From the NCBI GenBank assembly GCA_017609755.1, contig JAFCDI010000005.1:1-52811 (forward strand): 52,811 nt of DNA, read 5' to 3'. Source of the stretch: Candidatus Pacearchaeota archaeon. Lineage in GTDB: Archaea; Nanobdellota; Nanobdellia; Pacearchaeales; GW2011-AR1. A program made the position numbers and the translations under genes. Below the pieces are notes generated by a model. It made no database searches. It had not been told where the DNA came from and saw only the letters and a program-made list of their open reading frames with translations. Below, piece after piece: positions 52,033 through 52,811 of this stretch (position 1 is its first letter; each line of letters opens with the position of its first letter).

Positions 52033-52811
52033 AAGAACTAGTTTCAATAACAATTCCAACTTATAATTCTGAAAAGACTCTTAAGAAAACTTTGCAATCA
52101 GTAAAAAACCAAAGTTATCCTAATATTGAATTAATAATAATTGATAGTAATAGCACAGATAAAACATTGGAAATTGCAAAAGAGTTTAAGGCAAAAATCT
52201 ATACTTATGAAGGAACTCTATTAGGAGCTAGAAAATTAGGTGCTAAAAAAGCAAAAGGAAAATATGTTTTGTTAGTTGATTCTGACCATATTTTAGAAAA
52301 AACTAGTGTTGAAAGAGGGGTGAAATTAATGAAAAAATTTGATATGTTATGGTTGTATGAAAGAAGTTGGAAACCAAAAAGATTATTAGAAATTTTATAT
52401 GATGCAGATAGGAAACTTGTTCAAAAATATGCACAAGATTTTATAAATCCTATTGGAGGAGTTATTCTTCCTAGATTTTATAAGAAAACTCTTTTAATTA
52501 AAGCATTTAATAATATTCCTAAAAAAATACTTCCATTATGTGTTGCTCATGATCATGCAATAATTTATTTAGAAGTCCATAAATTATCTAAAAAAATTGG
52601 AAAATTAGATAATGCTATTTGGCATCAAGAGCCTTGGAGTTGGAGTAATTTATTTAAAAAAACATATAGATATGGAATAACCACTCGAAAATTAGTTGAA
52701 AATAATGTTTATCCTGAATTATTACAATCAAAAAATAGAGGAAGAAAAATTAAATTTAAAGATATTGGATTGTCAATTAAGAGCAATCTTCTTCGTTTTA
52801 TACGAGCAATT
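52029..52811 (+). CDS. Glycosyltransferase family 2 (3' end outside the window)
   Basis: Not in the track because there is no stop before the window end. MKELVSITIPTYNSEKTLKKTLQSVKNQSYPNIELIIIDSNSTDKT...VDSD is the GT-A signature. ATGA overlap with the preceding gene. Confidence 0.75.
   Translation, partial: MKELVSITIPTYNSEKTLKKTLQSVKNQSYPNIELIIIDSNSTDKTLEIAKEFKAKIYTYEGTLLGARKLGAKKAKGKYVLLVDSDHILEKTSVERGVKLMKKFDMLWLYERSWKPKRLLEILYDADRKLVQKYAQDFINPIGGVILPRFYKKTLLIKAFNNIPKKILPLCVAHDHAIIYLEVHKLSKKIGKLDNAIWHQEPWSWSNLFKKTYRYGITTRKLVENNVYPELLQSKNRGRKIKFKDIGLSIKSNLLRFIRAI

Overview
This is a visibly AT-rich, very gene-dense archaeal chromosome segment with short or overlapping spacers and many ATGA/TAATG gene junctions.

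Gene content, in order along the window:
- A cell-envelope block: an S-layer-like protein fragment, an archaeosortase-family protein, a PAP2 phosphatase and a 553-aa acidic surface protein.
- The ftsZ-secE-spt5-rpl11 block, together with sepF, prefoldin beta, rpoP, rpl37ae and tRNA-Pro.
- aIF5A and rpl40e, an M50 protease, Taw1, and the rpl1-rpl10(P0)-rpl12(P1) operon.
- tRNA-Ser and an AMP phosphorylase.
- An accessory island of about 4.5 kb: unknown genes, an AbrB-type toxin-antitoxin-like pair, and an IS with a SWIM/Zn-ribbon/DDE transposase. It sits directly upstream of the long rpl3...rpl15-secY ribosomal operon.
- A DUF106-type insertase, prefoldin alpha and an eIF-2B-family (ribose-1,5-bisphosphate-isomerase-like) gene.
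- An N-glycosylation cluster: GlcNAc-1-P transferase, AglB/STT3, a GT1-fold glycosyltransferase and a GT2 glycosyltransferase.

Trimmed core proteins, Lys/Glu-rich extensions on ribosomal proteins and the sortase type suggest a DPANN-like small genome. That is inference from composition only.

Most interesting observations:
1. Two unknown small genes are translationally coupled inside universally conserved ribosomal operons, one of them with a paralogue 2.4 kb away.
2. An archaeosortase-family gene lies next to a candidate substrate with an unnamed C-terminal sorting tail.
3. A 44-bp perfect duplication of the tRNA-Ser promoter encloses two perfect hairpins, a candidate sRNA.
4. The accessory island carries a TA-like AbrB pair and an attenuator-like leader.
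5. Several disrupted genes occur in the window, and all three frameshifts are single-base deficits in homopolymers.

All family assignments rest on motif recognition by eye. No database search was run.
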